A stretch of DNA of 63,553 nt, the filler included, from Lenisia limosa (lineage: Eukaryota; Protista; Breviatea): the NCBI GenBank assembly GCA_001655205.1. It is 13 parts of 13 records of this genome, joined end to end, with 100 filler letters (N's around TTAATTAATTAA, not from the genome) between each part and the next. Parts side by side here need not be neighbours in the genome. Positions count along the whole stretch, not along the records: positions 45,339 to 61,812 come from LPNZ01003028.1; 12 more parts are not named here. One strand, written 5' to 3'. Position 1 is the stretch's first letter; every line of letters starts with the position of its first letter. A model generated the notes under the pieces. That model saw nothing but the letters and a program-made list of their open reading frames with translations. It had not been told where the DNA came from and made no database searches. A program made the position numbers and the translations under genes. Shown here piece by piece: positions 48,526 to 61,555 of this stretch.

Positions 48526-51500
48526 ATGAGGCATCGATCTTGCTTGTTATGGAATATCTTCCTTTTTAAGAAGCCACCTAAAATTTTGGTGAGTGAGTTG
48601 GAAAATAATTATAGTTGAATTATTTTTACATTAGTGTATTATTTTTTTATGATAGTGATAGTATTTAGTGAGATTATTTAAATTCCACACAATTGAAAGA
48701 AATGTATGCCTTTGCTCAATTTTTATTTCTATTTTCACAGGACAGTAATTGCTAGAGATGCCGCAATTGTCGCTGTCCTTGCAGGGGCAACTTCTCTCTT
48801 CATTGCTTTTTTATTGTAAGCTTATAGTATCATGAATAAGTCCACTGCGTATTGCAAAAATTCAATGATAGCAGCATTGTGTTAATTGAATTATTAAACC
48901 TCCTAGTTATGTCAGAGTAATGAACCAAAAAGTTAAGACTGACAAGCTGGCAGGAATAGCCCAACTGATAGCTGTAAGGCAAGGTTTCTTTCATTGGATA
49001 AAAATACTACATATATTTGTATTTAATGAAATATGATACTAAAAAGTGTTATCAATATGCTGCTTGTTAGCAATGTTATAGATTGATCCTATCAAGTTTT
49101 GGTGTTTGTTTTTGCTGGGCTTATATAATAATTTGTTTCTTGGTTATGTCAAATTTTATTCTTATTAAGGACGGTGCAAAATCGTTCTTAAAAAAGGAGT
49201 ATCGTGTGCTAACGGTTTTTGTTATTCTGCTTACAGCTATCCTAGGTAGGAACCGGATAGAACCCAGAATTCCTCACATTTAAGTCCCTGTTGTTTCGTA
49301 CAAGACAGCAATATGCTTCTTTGTCGGTGGAGCCACCTCGGCACTTACTGGTTACCTCGGCATGATGACAGCTGTTCGTGCCAACGTTCGAACTACTGAG
49401 GCTGCCAGGAAGGGTTTGCATGCTTCTCTTTCATCTCTGTAGACCTCTCTAGCGCTTTGAGCATTGCGTTTTCTGGCGGGAGTGTTATGGGTTTTACAGT
49501 AGTCGGCTTCGGCCTTTCTGTATTGTCCCTCATGTACATTATCATCAATGATGTTGAAGATCTAGCTGGTAGGCCTCAAGCCCTTTGATGTTGGCAGGCT
49601 TTGGATTTGGTGCATCAGCAATTGCACTGTTTGCTCGTGTAGGCGGTGGAATCTACACAAAAGCAGCTGATGTTGGATGTGAGATGGGATTCGTTTTCAG
49701 TTGGCCTTGTTTCTCTGACTGCTCACATTTCAGCTGATTTAGTTGGTAAGCTTGAACAAGGAATCCCTGAAGATGATCCTCGCAATCCTGGTCAGTGCTT
49801 ACTTTGTTTCCAATAAGATAGAGTTTAAAGCGATCGAGAAATATTTGTTTTTGTTATTTGCTCACCTTCAGGGGTAATTGCTGACGCAGTTGGAGACAAT
49901 GTTGGAGATGTGGCTGGAATGGGTAGGCTTGGGCATCAAATTAACGACACCCTCTCAACAGCTATTGTTCTAATTAAACAGGTGCGGATTTATTTGAGTC
50001 GTACGTATCATCAATGATAGCCACTTTTACCCTTGCCAATGGAGACACAGATATGGTGTGACAATTGGCAATTTTGTCGTTCTCTTTTGGTCTTTCATTA
50101 CATAGATTGTGTATCCCTTTGTGATCAACAGTATTGGTGTGTGTGTGGCAGCTTTTGGCGCACTCTCCGTTTGGACAAAAGCAAATGCGTCACAATCATC
50201 ATTACTCTGGAGCCTGCGACGAGGTAAACCGTCTCTTTTAATCTGAACTTTAAGGAATGATGGTATCAATGGTCTTTCTGATTCTGTTTTCGTACCTTGG
50301 CCTTATCATCTTCACGGACCTGGATTATGATGTTTGGTACTGTGTCCTTTTGGGCATGGGCTCAGGTTTGTTTATGGCTGCATTTTACCTCATCCTCAGG
50401 CGTTGTAATTGGCCTCTCAACTGAGCATACAACTTCGCATGCATTCTATCCAGTGAGGTCCATTGCTGCTGCCGGTTTGACTGGCCCTGCCACGGCAGTT
50501 ATTCAAGGTATGGGTCTTCTTTCCCTTTTTGTATCATTCTTTGAGGTTTCGGAGTTGCCTTTTTAAGTACTGTGATACCCGTCATCGTACTGTCTCTCGC
50601 CATTTTGTCTGCTATATCTCTTGCTGACGTGTATGGTGTCGCCATTGCTAGTGGTGGGTTAACAAGGGAACTCATTTGTTCTCATCACTCAGTTGGAATG
50701 CTGTCCACCATTGGCTTGACTCTTGGAGTGGATGCATATGGGCCCAGTATGCCCGATCTAAGGTTTACGATTTAGTTGCTGACAACGCGGGAGCAATATC
50801 AGAGTTGGGTGGACTGCCCGATGAAGTTCGTCATAGAACTGATAAGCTTGACGCTTTGGGGAATACTACGGTATGACGATGGCCGAATCTTGTGTGTGTG
50901 GGGGGGTAATGTGTATTAGGCGGGGGAGGTTCATGGTGGCTAGCTGGCTGAATGACTCCGCTCATATGGATTGGGGGGATTAGGTTAGCGAAAACTTCAA
51001 ATGTTCTTTTCAGACTCCTGAGGTTGTTCTAATTTGGATGTTTTTGGCTTCCACTTTATTTTTTATTTATTTTATGTTTCATGATATTTGAGGAATGAAT
51101 TATTTCTGTCAACTTCTGTCAAGTTCCTCCTTTTTCCCATTTTTAAAACTTCTATGCTAGAGTTGTTTCATATGAATATCTGGCCTGCGGAATTACCTCG
51201 AAGGGTCATTTTGGAAAATGCATGCATAGTTCCACTTTATTTGTCAAACTAAAACAACGACTAAACCACCTTAATTTTGGTCAGGCAGCCGTAGGCAAGG
51301 GATATGCACTCGGCTCAGCCATTCTCACAGCCCTTGCATTAATGACAGCTTTCGTCGAAAAAGTGGAACTTGACACTAACGATCAAGATATTGTAGAAGA
51401 AAAGTAGGAATGATTCCATTTCTTTGTCACTGCTACAAAGGTTTGTTCTACCTGGACTTATGATCGGTGGAATGCTGCCATTTGTCTTTGCTGCGCTGAC

Positions 51501-52464
51501 AATGCTTGCGGTTGGACGTGCGGCCTCGTCTATGATCCAGGAGATCAGAAGGCAGTTCAGAGAAATCCCTGGTCTTCTTCAGGGTACCGCAAAACCAGAC
51601 CATAAACGGTATTGTCATCTAGTTTCCAGCTGATTTTGCAGATGTATCGACATTTCAACGTCAGCAAGTCTCAAGGCTATGGTCATTCCCGGAGTCATTG
51701 CAGTCCTGGCACCTGTCTTAGTTGGGCTCTCTCTGGGGCCGAAGGTAAGAGCGACATTACTAATTGGCTAGAGTCTGGGAGGAATGCTAATGGGCTCTAT
51801 CATGGTGGCTTTCATTCAAGGAGTTGTGCTGAATAACTTCGGAGGCGGTGTGTTGACTCTTTTGTCTGACTTTTTAGCCTGTGATAATGCAAAAAAATGG
51901 ATTGAGTCAGGGGCTCTTGGTGGAAAAGGTAAATATTTGGTGAAAAATGCCCTATAATGTGAAGTTACATTTCAGGAAGTGAAGCCCATAACTCAGCTGT
52001 TGTTGGAGATACTATAGGTGATGCAACTAAAGACGTTTCAGGACCATCAATGGTTTGGTGGCTGTGTGGCACTTTAAAATTGATGACAACTGACAATCCA
52101 GGGCATTTTGATCAAACTTATGGCAATTATCTCTCTTGTCCTGGCACCAGTTCTTGAAGATGTTGAAACGTGGAAGATCATACTTGGTTGCGTTGCAATT
52201 GTTAGTGGGGTCAGATGGAATAAAATTTTGAGATTTTCATGTTTTCAGGGATTCTTTACTATGATACTTCTTTTTATCTATTTGCGGTCAGCGAAAATTG
52301 AAGGTTTGGTGTCTCTACTCTATCTTTGTTATAGAATAGTCAACAACAATGGCGAATCAGTACCAACAGCAACAGTACCGGCACCCCCCGTCAGGTCCCC
52401 GGAACCGAAAATGCCAATTAGTATAAGTTGGTTAACTGGCTCTAATTGGTGTTTAACTATATAG
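48526..52464 (+). CDS. Membrane-bound ion-translocating pyrophosphatase, K+-dependent, Na+-PPase-type signature; ~20 introns; 5' and 3' ends approximate
   Basis: [58 protein letters not shown]; DAYGP|IADNAG; LDALGNTT|AAVGKG; DNAKK; [17 protein letters not shown]|GILIKLM. Confidence 0.95.
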
Positions 52465-52941
52465 CTCCGCTATCCACCATTGTTCGAGCACCGACACCCT
52501 ATAAGGATAACCAAGTCCCTACCCTAGCCGAGAGAATCGAACGAAGCTTGTTTGGGGTTTTATTTGTATTACATTGATAAACCCGGTCTTTAATCAATCA
52601 GACACCAGCCAGGAATGCCAGAAAACAGACGTTCCCTCCACACAGGTACCCGCGTGATTTTCAATGACGGAACCCCGAGAGGTAACCAATGCACTGTATT
52701 CTTCTTTTTACTTCTTAGGTACACCTGAGCCCGTGGAACAAGTCCCTGAAGTTGATCTTGGTGACAGTTAGACTTAATGTATCACATGTTTTATATACTT
52801 TGTAGTGTTGTTTGAAAAAAAAAAAAAAAAACGGATGAANNNNNNNNNNNNNNNNNNNNNNNNNNNNNNNNNNNNNNNNNNNNNNNNNNNNNNNNNNNNN
52901 NNCAAGTGTAAATGATATCAAAGATTATTGTAGACCATAGT

Positions 52942-54747
52942 TTATTCATTATCCTCATCATCGTCCATTTCTCGCTGGCGTTTCAGAGATTTCGAGTCGC
53001 CGTCACCCCAGTCCTCCATGTACTCATCATTCATCACTTCGTCATCGTCATCCGTGGCCTATGACGTTAGGCAAGTGAAGGGAAAAGATTGGTAATTTTT
53101 GTTTTAAAAAAAACCCCTGGAAATACCCCCCCCCGCACTGGAGTGTCCTCCTCCTCCTCGTTGGTTTCAGTCTTGATGATTGATGCTTTCTCCTCCTTGA
53201 TTATCGTCTTTTCTTTCTTCACGTCCGCCGCCTTGTCCTTCTTCGTGGTTGCAGCAACAGCCTCGTCCTCTCCAGCTTCTTCGACCTTGTCTTCCTCTGC
53301 GACCGCCTTCCAGGTTTCATCGAACTCTCCATCATCTTCCATCACCTAAAAGATATCAATAGTCATTATCAATTGGGTGGAAATAAGGTACCTTCTTCTC
53401 ACAAATATCACCCAATGCTCACCCCGGTTAAAGGAGCTTTCATTGTGCCCATAAGACGCATGTACTGCGATGCGAGCCTCCTATATTCATATTAAAAATG
53501 AACTTCCTCTTGGATATAAACTGTATTTCACCATGGTCCTCTCTTTTCAAAGAAAGGCAGAAATGGAGCGGATAATGCATCTTGGTTTCTCAAGATTAAT
53601 GCATCTTTTTTTCTCTTTCTCAATTTTGTATTCTTCAATAACAATCTTTTTTTTACAGCAAAGGGCAATAATCAAAAAATGTGAGAGACCAAGGATAAGG
53701 GAAACACAGTCTGTTTTGAATACATTCTATTTCCACCAACTTGATAACAACAAATCGGACGCGAGAGCCCAATTCGACTTGTTTAGAGCTGTCTGTATCA
53801 TACCACTGAACTTCATTGCCACCTAATAGTCAGAAAGATGCATTCAGGGACTTAAAAATCTCAAAAAAATCACAAACATACCGAGTTCGTTGCAAGTAAA
53901 GCTTGCAGGTAAGTTGTCTTTTGGAATCGTAGCGTTGACAGTTCCAAAAACAAGGACACCAATGTGTGTCAAAGACATGGCATTAACAAGGCCATCTGAC
54001 AAATGTGAAACAAGTGTCTACATGCCATGGAATCATAAAAACGACAATTTTAGACTCAGTTTACCTAAATACATTCCTGGGGTGGGGCAGAAGATGAGGG
54101 CTATCACACGGATTTTTGCATAGCAAACCGGCTGGCATTCGTAGAACGAAGCCTTCTCTGAGATCTGAGCGGTGAAGATAGTGAGTCATGAAATGATCAA
54201 GTATCAAACAAGCTCACATTTTAGAATCAACTTATCCTCTCACAGAAGGAAGGACCAACCCCCCCATACAACAGCTGCATCTCTGTAAGAGACCCACATG
54301 CCATTCAGTTGGACATCATACCTAAAAAGTTGTCAACTGTTCCCCAGTTCCCACATCAACAAAGGTTAACAGAAAAGAGTATTAATAACAGCACAAACAA
54401 ATATTCCGCCGTTTATTCAAAGGGATAAATCAAAAAAAAAGAGGAAGGAGTGAGCAAGGCAATGTTGCCTACTTGAGAAGCTTGCTATTAAGTTCCGATG
54501 CAATACTTTCTGCTACATTTGCAAGCTGAGAAGGTTCAAGGCGGATGCTCATCTTCACCTAGAGTGATAAGTATGTACAAGGGGAGCGCCTAAGTACTTT
54601 GCACTCGATAAACGGTGAGTTATCTTCCTCTTTGGTTGATAGGACAACTGTGACTTTGGGCTTAATAGTGCCGTCGTCAGAAAGAGCATCAGCAACTGAG
54701 TCGTCGGTATCACTAACAACTTCTGGTTTTGGATCTTCTAAACTCAT
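52942..54747 (-). CDS. RPA43: RNA polymerase I subunit RPA43-like
   Basis: LNSKLLK|YDVQLNGMWVSY; ALIFCP.PG; GLVNAMSLTHIGVLVFGTVNATIP; LGSRVRFVV; acidic/basic C-tail. This fits the RPA43 N-domain plus OB-fold pattern. Confidence 0.7.
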
Positions 54748-54819
54748 ATTTATCAGGGGGGTCACACTTTTGCAAGGCAATTATTGCAAGCAGAAGTGAT
54801 GATAATTCGATAAAATTCA

Positions 54820-54889
54820 GACAAATCACAGATCACACCAGCTCACAGCCAGATCACGACCAGATCACAACAGATCACGACCAGATCTC
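54820..54889 (+). promoter_or_regulatory. Phased AGATCAC array in the RPA43/PCF11 bidirectional intergenic region
   Basis: AG(A/C)TC(A/T)C at 54830, 54840, 54851, 54862, 54872, 54883. Confidence 0.5.
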
Positions 54890-55048
54890 AAATGTGAATT
54901 TCCAGAGTTCAAAACGAGTTCAACAAGTCTACTGGGGAACTGTGGCCCGTCGATAAGCAGCAGCGTAGTTAGCAGATTTGTAGTCATTTTATTGGCATAG
55001 GAAGAGTGAACTTTTCTTCAGATTTTTGTGAATATGAACTAGCCAAGG

Positions 55049-57600
55049 ATGTTTGATAGAGACCTGGAAGCCAGATTCCTTGAGGGACTGGATGAATTAG
55101 ATGGAAATAATGGAACAAAAATTGGAGTGTTGACACAAGTTGCTGGTAAGTTCTCAATCTTGTTCACCTCCTTAACCTTCCAAGCTGATGAATGCGAAGA
55201 TGAACCTGTTAATGCCCCTGAAACCATTTCTCATGTTCTTAAACGTGTACTGACATCATTGAAACAAGTTAGTTATTCTACTTGTATTCTTTCTGCCAAG
55301 CTATTCTAATCACTGTAGCCCGAGATTCATCGATTATTGCCAACATTTTACGTTTTGGATAGTATTCTCAAGACTTGTAATGAAAAGTTTCGGCCAAGTT
55401 TTCAAAAGCATTTCAGTGTACATATTGTTCAGACCTTCCAATCGTGTTACAGGGTCTCTACACCAAAGATAAAACGGTCTCTCTCTAAGGTAGCATTCGT
55501 AGTCTAGAATTGGGTAACATTCCAGTTGGTGGAGACGTGGGATGGATATTTTGATAGGCAAGTCCTGAATGCACTGAAAGACTTTTTGCGACAGGTGGGA
55601 TATTATGTAACAATGTTCCATGCTTTTAGTTTTTCTTAATTCAAGCTTTGTGAAGTTAAAGTGACTGGGTGTAGAATCCCCCACCTTCCGAAGCACAGCA
55701 AACTGAGGTTCATCTCAACCCAGACTTCTTCAATAAACTCCAGGTAAGTTTAAAACAGTTATAATGAGTTAGAAATGGTTTTAGCCAGATTTTTTAATTT
55801 ATCACTTTAGAATACACACCATACTTCCCATCCACATTCAAGGTTGGTCTCATTTGGTTGGACAAATAAGGAATGTTTGACTTGTTAGGTAACAGGTCTT
55901 CACCATTTAGACCCAACCACCATCCAAGCTATGATTCACGATACCCGACCACGAGGGATGTCCGTCAGGAACATCCTATTCATCCTCACCACCACCATCC
56001 ACAAAGGTTTGGTTTATGCAATGTGTTTTTTCGCAGTTTCTGATAGATCTACCTTAAGCGCCACAGACCGCAGCAACGTGGATATCCTGACCGATATAAC
56101 GCCCCTCCTCCAAGTCATTTTGATCGACACCGCCTCGATCAGCCTTCAGATATGCGCCCACGTACCGATTTACCAAGCAGGCGCGACTCTTATCGAGCTC
56201 CTGGGGGGCCGCGTGACCCGCAGTATCTGTCCCCGTATGGAAAGCCGCAGCCGCCGCTACACTTTCATGGCCAGAATGAATACGGGTTTGCGGAGTCATT
56301 GGGAGGCCTTTTCTTATCTCCTCAGCTATGAGGACAGATTTGTGGCGCCACCCCCTGGCATAGTTATTCCTAAACTTGTTGCATCGGCTCCTCAGCAAGT
56401 AAGGATAGAAGTACTTCTGGTCATTGGGATATGATATATTGAGCTCATGATGCAGCCTCTCCTTCCAAAGTCATCAGTCCCGGAACAACAAGAGCAAACT
56501 CCAAAGAAACCTCCTCCGTGAGTTGGATTCTTGTTACGCAGTTTTGCTTATGTTCCTCACTATGTAGATTACCTTCCCCGTCTCCACCCCCTTCCACCCC
56601 TCAAAGGCCTTTAGATAAGTTGGTTCATTGTTTTATTTTTGATTAGGCTGTTTTGTGGTGCTAACTAGTGTAGAGCAATTGAAAAGGTCACTGCAATTCT
56701 CTGTTCTAAAAACCTCTTCCAGTGCTCTCAATGTGGATTCAGGCTGCAGGTATATGATGAATGCACCATTTCTTGTTTTAGTGGTTTACCTCCTCCCAAT
56801 TCCATTTTGATTTGTTTTTGCTTTGTTTATGATATGTATGTCTATTCCACATTTTCCTTCTCCTTAAATTCAAATCCCATGTGCCTTATTTTGAGCCAGG
56901 CGATTTTTTTTTGTCNNNNNNNNNNNNNNNNNNNNNNNNNNNNNNNNNNNNNNNNNNNNNNNNNNNNNNNNNNNNNNNNNNNNNNNNNNNNNNNNNNNNN
57001 NNNNNNNNNNNNNNNNNCAAGGCATATTAAGGAGGTCTCAGGAACCCTGTCACGTTCTTGGAACCTTCCCCCTGAGGTAAGAGTTGTGTAGTCTTTAGTT
57101 TTGTGTCTTACTGTGTAGACGTGGGTGTCATTGTCAGGAGCAGTGAAGATCGAGGCTGAGGCTGAGGCTCCTGAGACTACTACCGCCACTAATCTGGATA
57201 ACAAGCCTCAGTTTGAAGATGCCTCAGTTGAGGCGGACGAGGACCAATCAGGGTGTGTAGGGTGTTGAAGGGGTTTTTCTTTTTCTTTAAACTCTATTTA
57301 CCTAGTTTAGCACGTGCCCACTTTGTGGTGAGGAATTCCAGCAATTCTGGCATGATGAGGAGGAAATATGGAAATGGAAACCAGCCCTTCGACGGAATTA
57401 TGAGGTGTGGGGTTTTGGCTAATCTCAGAATCATATTTCGGCTAAATTTCTTTCGTGCCAAAGAACGAGGCAATGAGGCTTGCCTTTATTCTTAAACTTG
57501 AGAAGATCTTACGATATAGGGTGAGAACTTAGCCGTGCATCCGAAATGCTGGGTTGAGTACAAACAGATGTCAGAAATGGCCCAAGTCTTAGATGTATGA
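55049..57600 (+). CDS. PCF11: Cleavage/polyadenylation factor Pcf11-like (CID + two zinc-binding motifs)
   Basis: CID: LTQVA...LLPTFYVLDSILK...LVETW...F; mid FQCSQCGFRL and SRSWN; C-terminal VHPKCW...*. Confidence 0.8.
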
Positions 57601-57778
57601 GAAAGTTTTTTTAGCGCATCATCTCACATCTTAGGTGAAGCTTGACTGAGAACAGAGGTAACAATGTAACTTTTTCTTCTACTGTAATTTAATGTCAAAA
57701 TAAACCCCAATTGGAAGTGTTAATCTTGATACATTCATAACACTGAAAAAACCACCCCTGAATATAAAAGGGATTAGG

Positions 57779-60563
57779 TTAGCAGGGGAATTGGGTTGCA
57801 ACGAAATGCTCCAAAACTTCATGTCCATGCTCATCACAGAAAAGCTGAAGCATGACGCAAACAGTAGAGTTACAAACCTTAGGAGTCCAGTGTCTCAAAG
57901 GGTCCGCAGTTCCTAGGGCTTTTTGCACTCGATAAATATCATAATCAGCTGAAATAATAGCCACTTTCTGTTGGAATATTAAAACATTGAAACAATAAAC
58001 TGCATGCTTACAGAATGTTTTGAGGTATCAATCTCGGTCCAAACATAGTGTGGCACCGAACTATTAAAGATAAGAACTGAAATTAATCCCTTAGTCGCAC
58101 CTGTCAATGTTCTCCGTTGGGTGAAGTCCTTCATCTTCCAATCCCCATGACTTCAGCATGGCAATTACTGCGGGTACAAGACGGCTAAATGGTCATTGAA
58201 CAACACAAACCAAATAAAAGCAATACCTTGGGACATTATCAATGACCTTGAAAGTGTCATTGAAAGGAACGATTGTGACAATGTCATCAAAAGTCACCTC
58301 CCCAGAGTATAGTGGTGAGCGGAGGCGTCTGAACGGGTAAAACCAAATCATTAGTGACAACTAAGGGATGCAAAGTACATTGCAAGAAATCACCTTGCAT
58401 TTTGAATAAACCAAGGAGAGCCCTTGAAAGATTCCCTTGCGACGGGTAAGATTGAAGTCGGCACTGCTTGCTGGAGGTACAAACTGAAGCAGGTTAATTA
58501 GCTTGAAAATGAGAGGGTAACTGGTAAAATATTTCTTAAACAAATGACAATGTGCACTGAAATTTAACCGCTTACCTATAAAGGGACTCTGGATTGCTTA
58601 GTGGGACGTTCTTGAGAGTGAGAAAAGTCATCAAGCATCGCGAACACGGAAGAAAGCCTACTGGGTCGTAAGTCTTGGTACTGCAGCCAACAACACGATC
58701 TAGTCCCATTTCGCTTCGGTATCTTTGGATATCCTCGTCAATGGCCTTGCCTGGGGTGTAAAAATGGGGGAGGGGATCAACTCAATTGGCTAAAGAAACA
58801 CATGAAGGTTGGAAACAATAAAATAAAAACAAAACAAAGCAGATATACATATTATTACTTCAATCTCAATTTTGTACTACAATATCGTAATGATCTACAG
58901 AACAGCAAAATTCACCAGCAAGGGTTATAAAATATCATAAACAATAGCAATGAAATATGTTTCATTGTACCTTCGGGAGTTGCGAATTCAGAGAGCGACA
59001 CATTTCCAATTTTTGAAAATGTCTCCGTATTAGTATCAACCCTAAGACTGTTACACTAGATTAACATGACAACTGATAAAACATCTTATTGAAGCTGTGA
59101 TAATTAAGTCTGTAAGATCAGGAAGAGCATACTCTAACATCCAATTGTGGGTCCATACTTACCATGAGTGGTCTATCACTTTGAGTTTCCCAGCTGACTT
59201 GAAATGTAAAAAAAAAATACAAGAAGAATTTTAAATCAAATAACTTCCATGAAAAGAACTTAAGGGTGTGCTATCTGTCATAAAAGATACCATATAATAG
59301 AGACTGTTCCATCATGTAGACAGACATTTGCAAATAAATAACCAAGTCTAAGAGGCCCTTCCCACAAGATCAAGTTCAAGGACCCCGAGTTTTGCAAAAT
59401 AACAGCCGCTTTCAAAAATGACAGCATTGTCATCAGGCTCCATAAAGTGAAAGGTATGGCTAAAGGATGATTTTCATTGGAGAAGGTCTTCAACAAACCT
59501 GTGCCCAGTCAAAAGGATCAAGGGCATCTTCGGTAAATGGTTTCGGATTGCCTTGTAGTCGGACTGCATCCCCTTATTAAGGGGTCCTATGTGGAACAAA
59601 CACACAACCAAGTCAACGTCTTCGGCCTTTTTCAGAGCCTAAAGTGGTGATACAATGTGTTGTGTAAATACTTTTTCATATCAAAGTCAAAATATAGTTC
59701 CCTAGATTTGTATTTAGCAGCCAACCTCTTTGAAGTATTTGGATTTTGTGAGAGTGATAGTTTTAACGTTTTCGGCAGCCTCATGGAAATCATACATGAT
59801 ACCCATGACCAAAATGCGAAGACCTGAAGGAAGGGTCTCAATCTAATGTTTAGCATTTGGATATGTTTTTTAAAAGGGAATAATGTCAAGAACATACAAA
59901 GTAGGGAGAGCCGAAAGTCAATCCATCCTCGAAGAAAGTATTCGTTGTGACATATCTATTTTGTCAAAAGGGTTGCATTGCTCACTTGTCACCCCAAAGC
60001 TTCTTAGCAGTATCTCTGAGCTGTGCTGCACTTTCAGCATCAATCATGTCATGGTTACCTAATGCACGGTCAACTCAACATTGAACAATCTCCCAACGTA
60101 GAGTCAACATTAAACAATCTCCCAACAATGTACAATGTAGAGTCAGAAGCCTCACACGCCTCACCAATTGTCAACGCGTTCACCTCTGGAGGAACCAAAG
60201 CAGGCAGGTATTTACCATGGTACTCTGACGCATCCCCTAAACCGGTACCTTCATTGAGGTCACTGCTCATTAATCATGTTTGTAAAGTACCAACCCCGTG
60301 TCATAGACCAGCAAATCCTTCTCCAGATTCTCAGCGTTCTTCTGAGAATGAATTAAGAGGGACCTGTAGTCTCCAAAAGTGGCCCCCAAATTGGGGTTGT
60401 GAGGGTGCCCTCCTAACCAGGCATGAAGATCAGTAGAGTGGAATAGAGTTATTCGCCTAAGTTGTGAAGCGAAGTACCCTTTTCACGTCGCTCACCTTGA
60501 TTCCACAATTACAACAAGCAAAGAGCTCACAAACAGCGCTAGAAAGACGAAGAGAAACTTCAT
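57779..60563 (-). CDS. Secreted calcineurin-like metallophosphoesterase / 5'-nucleotidase (yeast YHR202W-like)
   Basis: Signal peptide MKFLFVFLALFVSSLLVVIVES; LFHSTDLHAWLGGH..., LLVYDTG|DLNEGTGLGDA; C-domain LRSPLYSGEVTFDDIVTIVPFNDTF. Confidence 0.8.
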
Positions 60564-60828
60564 AGGCAATTTTGAGACAGAACTTGTTGCCGATTGTATA
60601 ATAAATTAGACTTTTTTGTATGGGGAGTATATAAAATACACATTGCACGGCCTCTGAGGGTTTTTTAAAAAAATTAGTCCTTACTGGGAGCCCACTGGAC
60701 CATGCCTCTTTAGGCCTCAAATCGTTTTCCCCGGTCAGAGGCCCGTCGTGCCCCAATATCTGACCGTCTGACAACCACCAATGAATGTGTGTTATCGACA
60801 AGTTATAGAAGTGAGAAAGAAGAGAAAG

Positions 60829-60878
60829 AAATCGGGATAAAGATCGAAAAGATCAGAACTAAAGATCGGAAAAGATCG
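60829..60878 (+). promoter_or_regulatory. AGATC cluster in the nucleotidase/PPIL1 bidirectional intergenic region
   Basis: AAATCG 60829; AGATC at 60841, 60850, 60863, 60873. Confidence 0.4.
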
Positions 60879-60954
60879 GTGACAATTCAAAACGCGCTGA
60901 AAAAAAAAAGCCCCTTTGTTGGAGTTCAAGCCTAGTTATCTCCAGTGTGTCAAG

Positions 60955-61555
60955 ATGCCTACTCATGTTACTCTTAATACCTCCATGGGTGCCTTTGTGA
61001 TTGAACTTTATGAAGATCATGCTCCTAAAACATGCCAGGTTTGCCTTTATGTCAGTATTATGTGATAATTTTCAATTTTAGAACTTCAGAGAACTTGCTC
61101 GCAAAGGATACTACAACAATGTCGTCTTCCACCGTATCATTAAGGGTTTCATGATTCAGGTAAGATTTGTGTGGGGTTTAGAAGTCTAATATTCAGGGAG
61201 GTGACCCAACAGGCACTGGACGTGGTGGACAATCCATTTGGGGAGGCAAGTTCGAGGACGAGTTCCACCCCAGCTTAAAGCACACTGGTGCCGGTAGGAA
61301 CACCTTGTTCTCTTTTTTACTTTGCAGGTATTCTCTCCATGGCCAACAGTGGACCTGCAACCAACGGCTCACAGTTCTTCATCACTCTCGCACCTACTCC
61401 CCATCTTGACGGAAAGCATACCATCTTTGGCCGAATTCACTCTGGTTTGGATTGTTGATTGAGAATGATCAGATGAGAATGTACAAACCTTCACAATTTT
61501 TAGGAATGGATGTGGTAAAGCGTATGGGACTCGTCCCTACTGATTCTCAAGATAG
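60955..61555 (+). CDS. PPIL1: Cyclophilin-type PPIase PPIL1 (spliceosomal); last exon lost in the gap
   Basis: [12 protein letters not shown]|[26 protein letters not shown]|[21 protein letters not shown]....LKHTGA|[34 protein letters not shown]...[18 protein letters not shown]|. Confidence 0.92.

Noticed and set aside
49500-49515. GGCTTCGGCC in the PPase gene as a family D copy
   Set aside because: It is coding sequence (G-F-G-L) with no other family D similarity.
46600-52100. Non-canonical or U12-type introns
   Set aside because: Every intron I could place in CCT7, the PPase and PPIL1 is GT-AG; donors are degenerate (GTNNG) but no AT-AC or GTATCCTT sites were seen.
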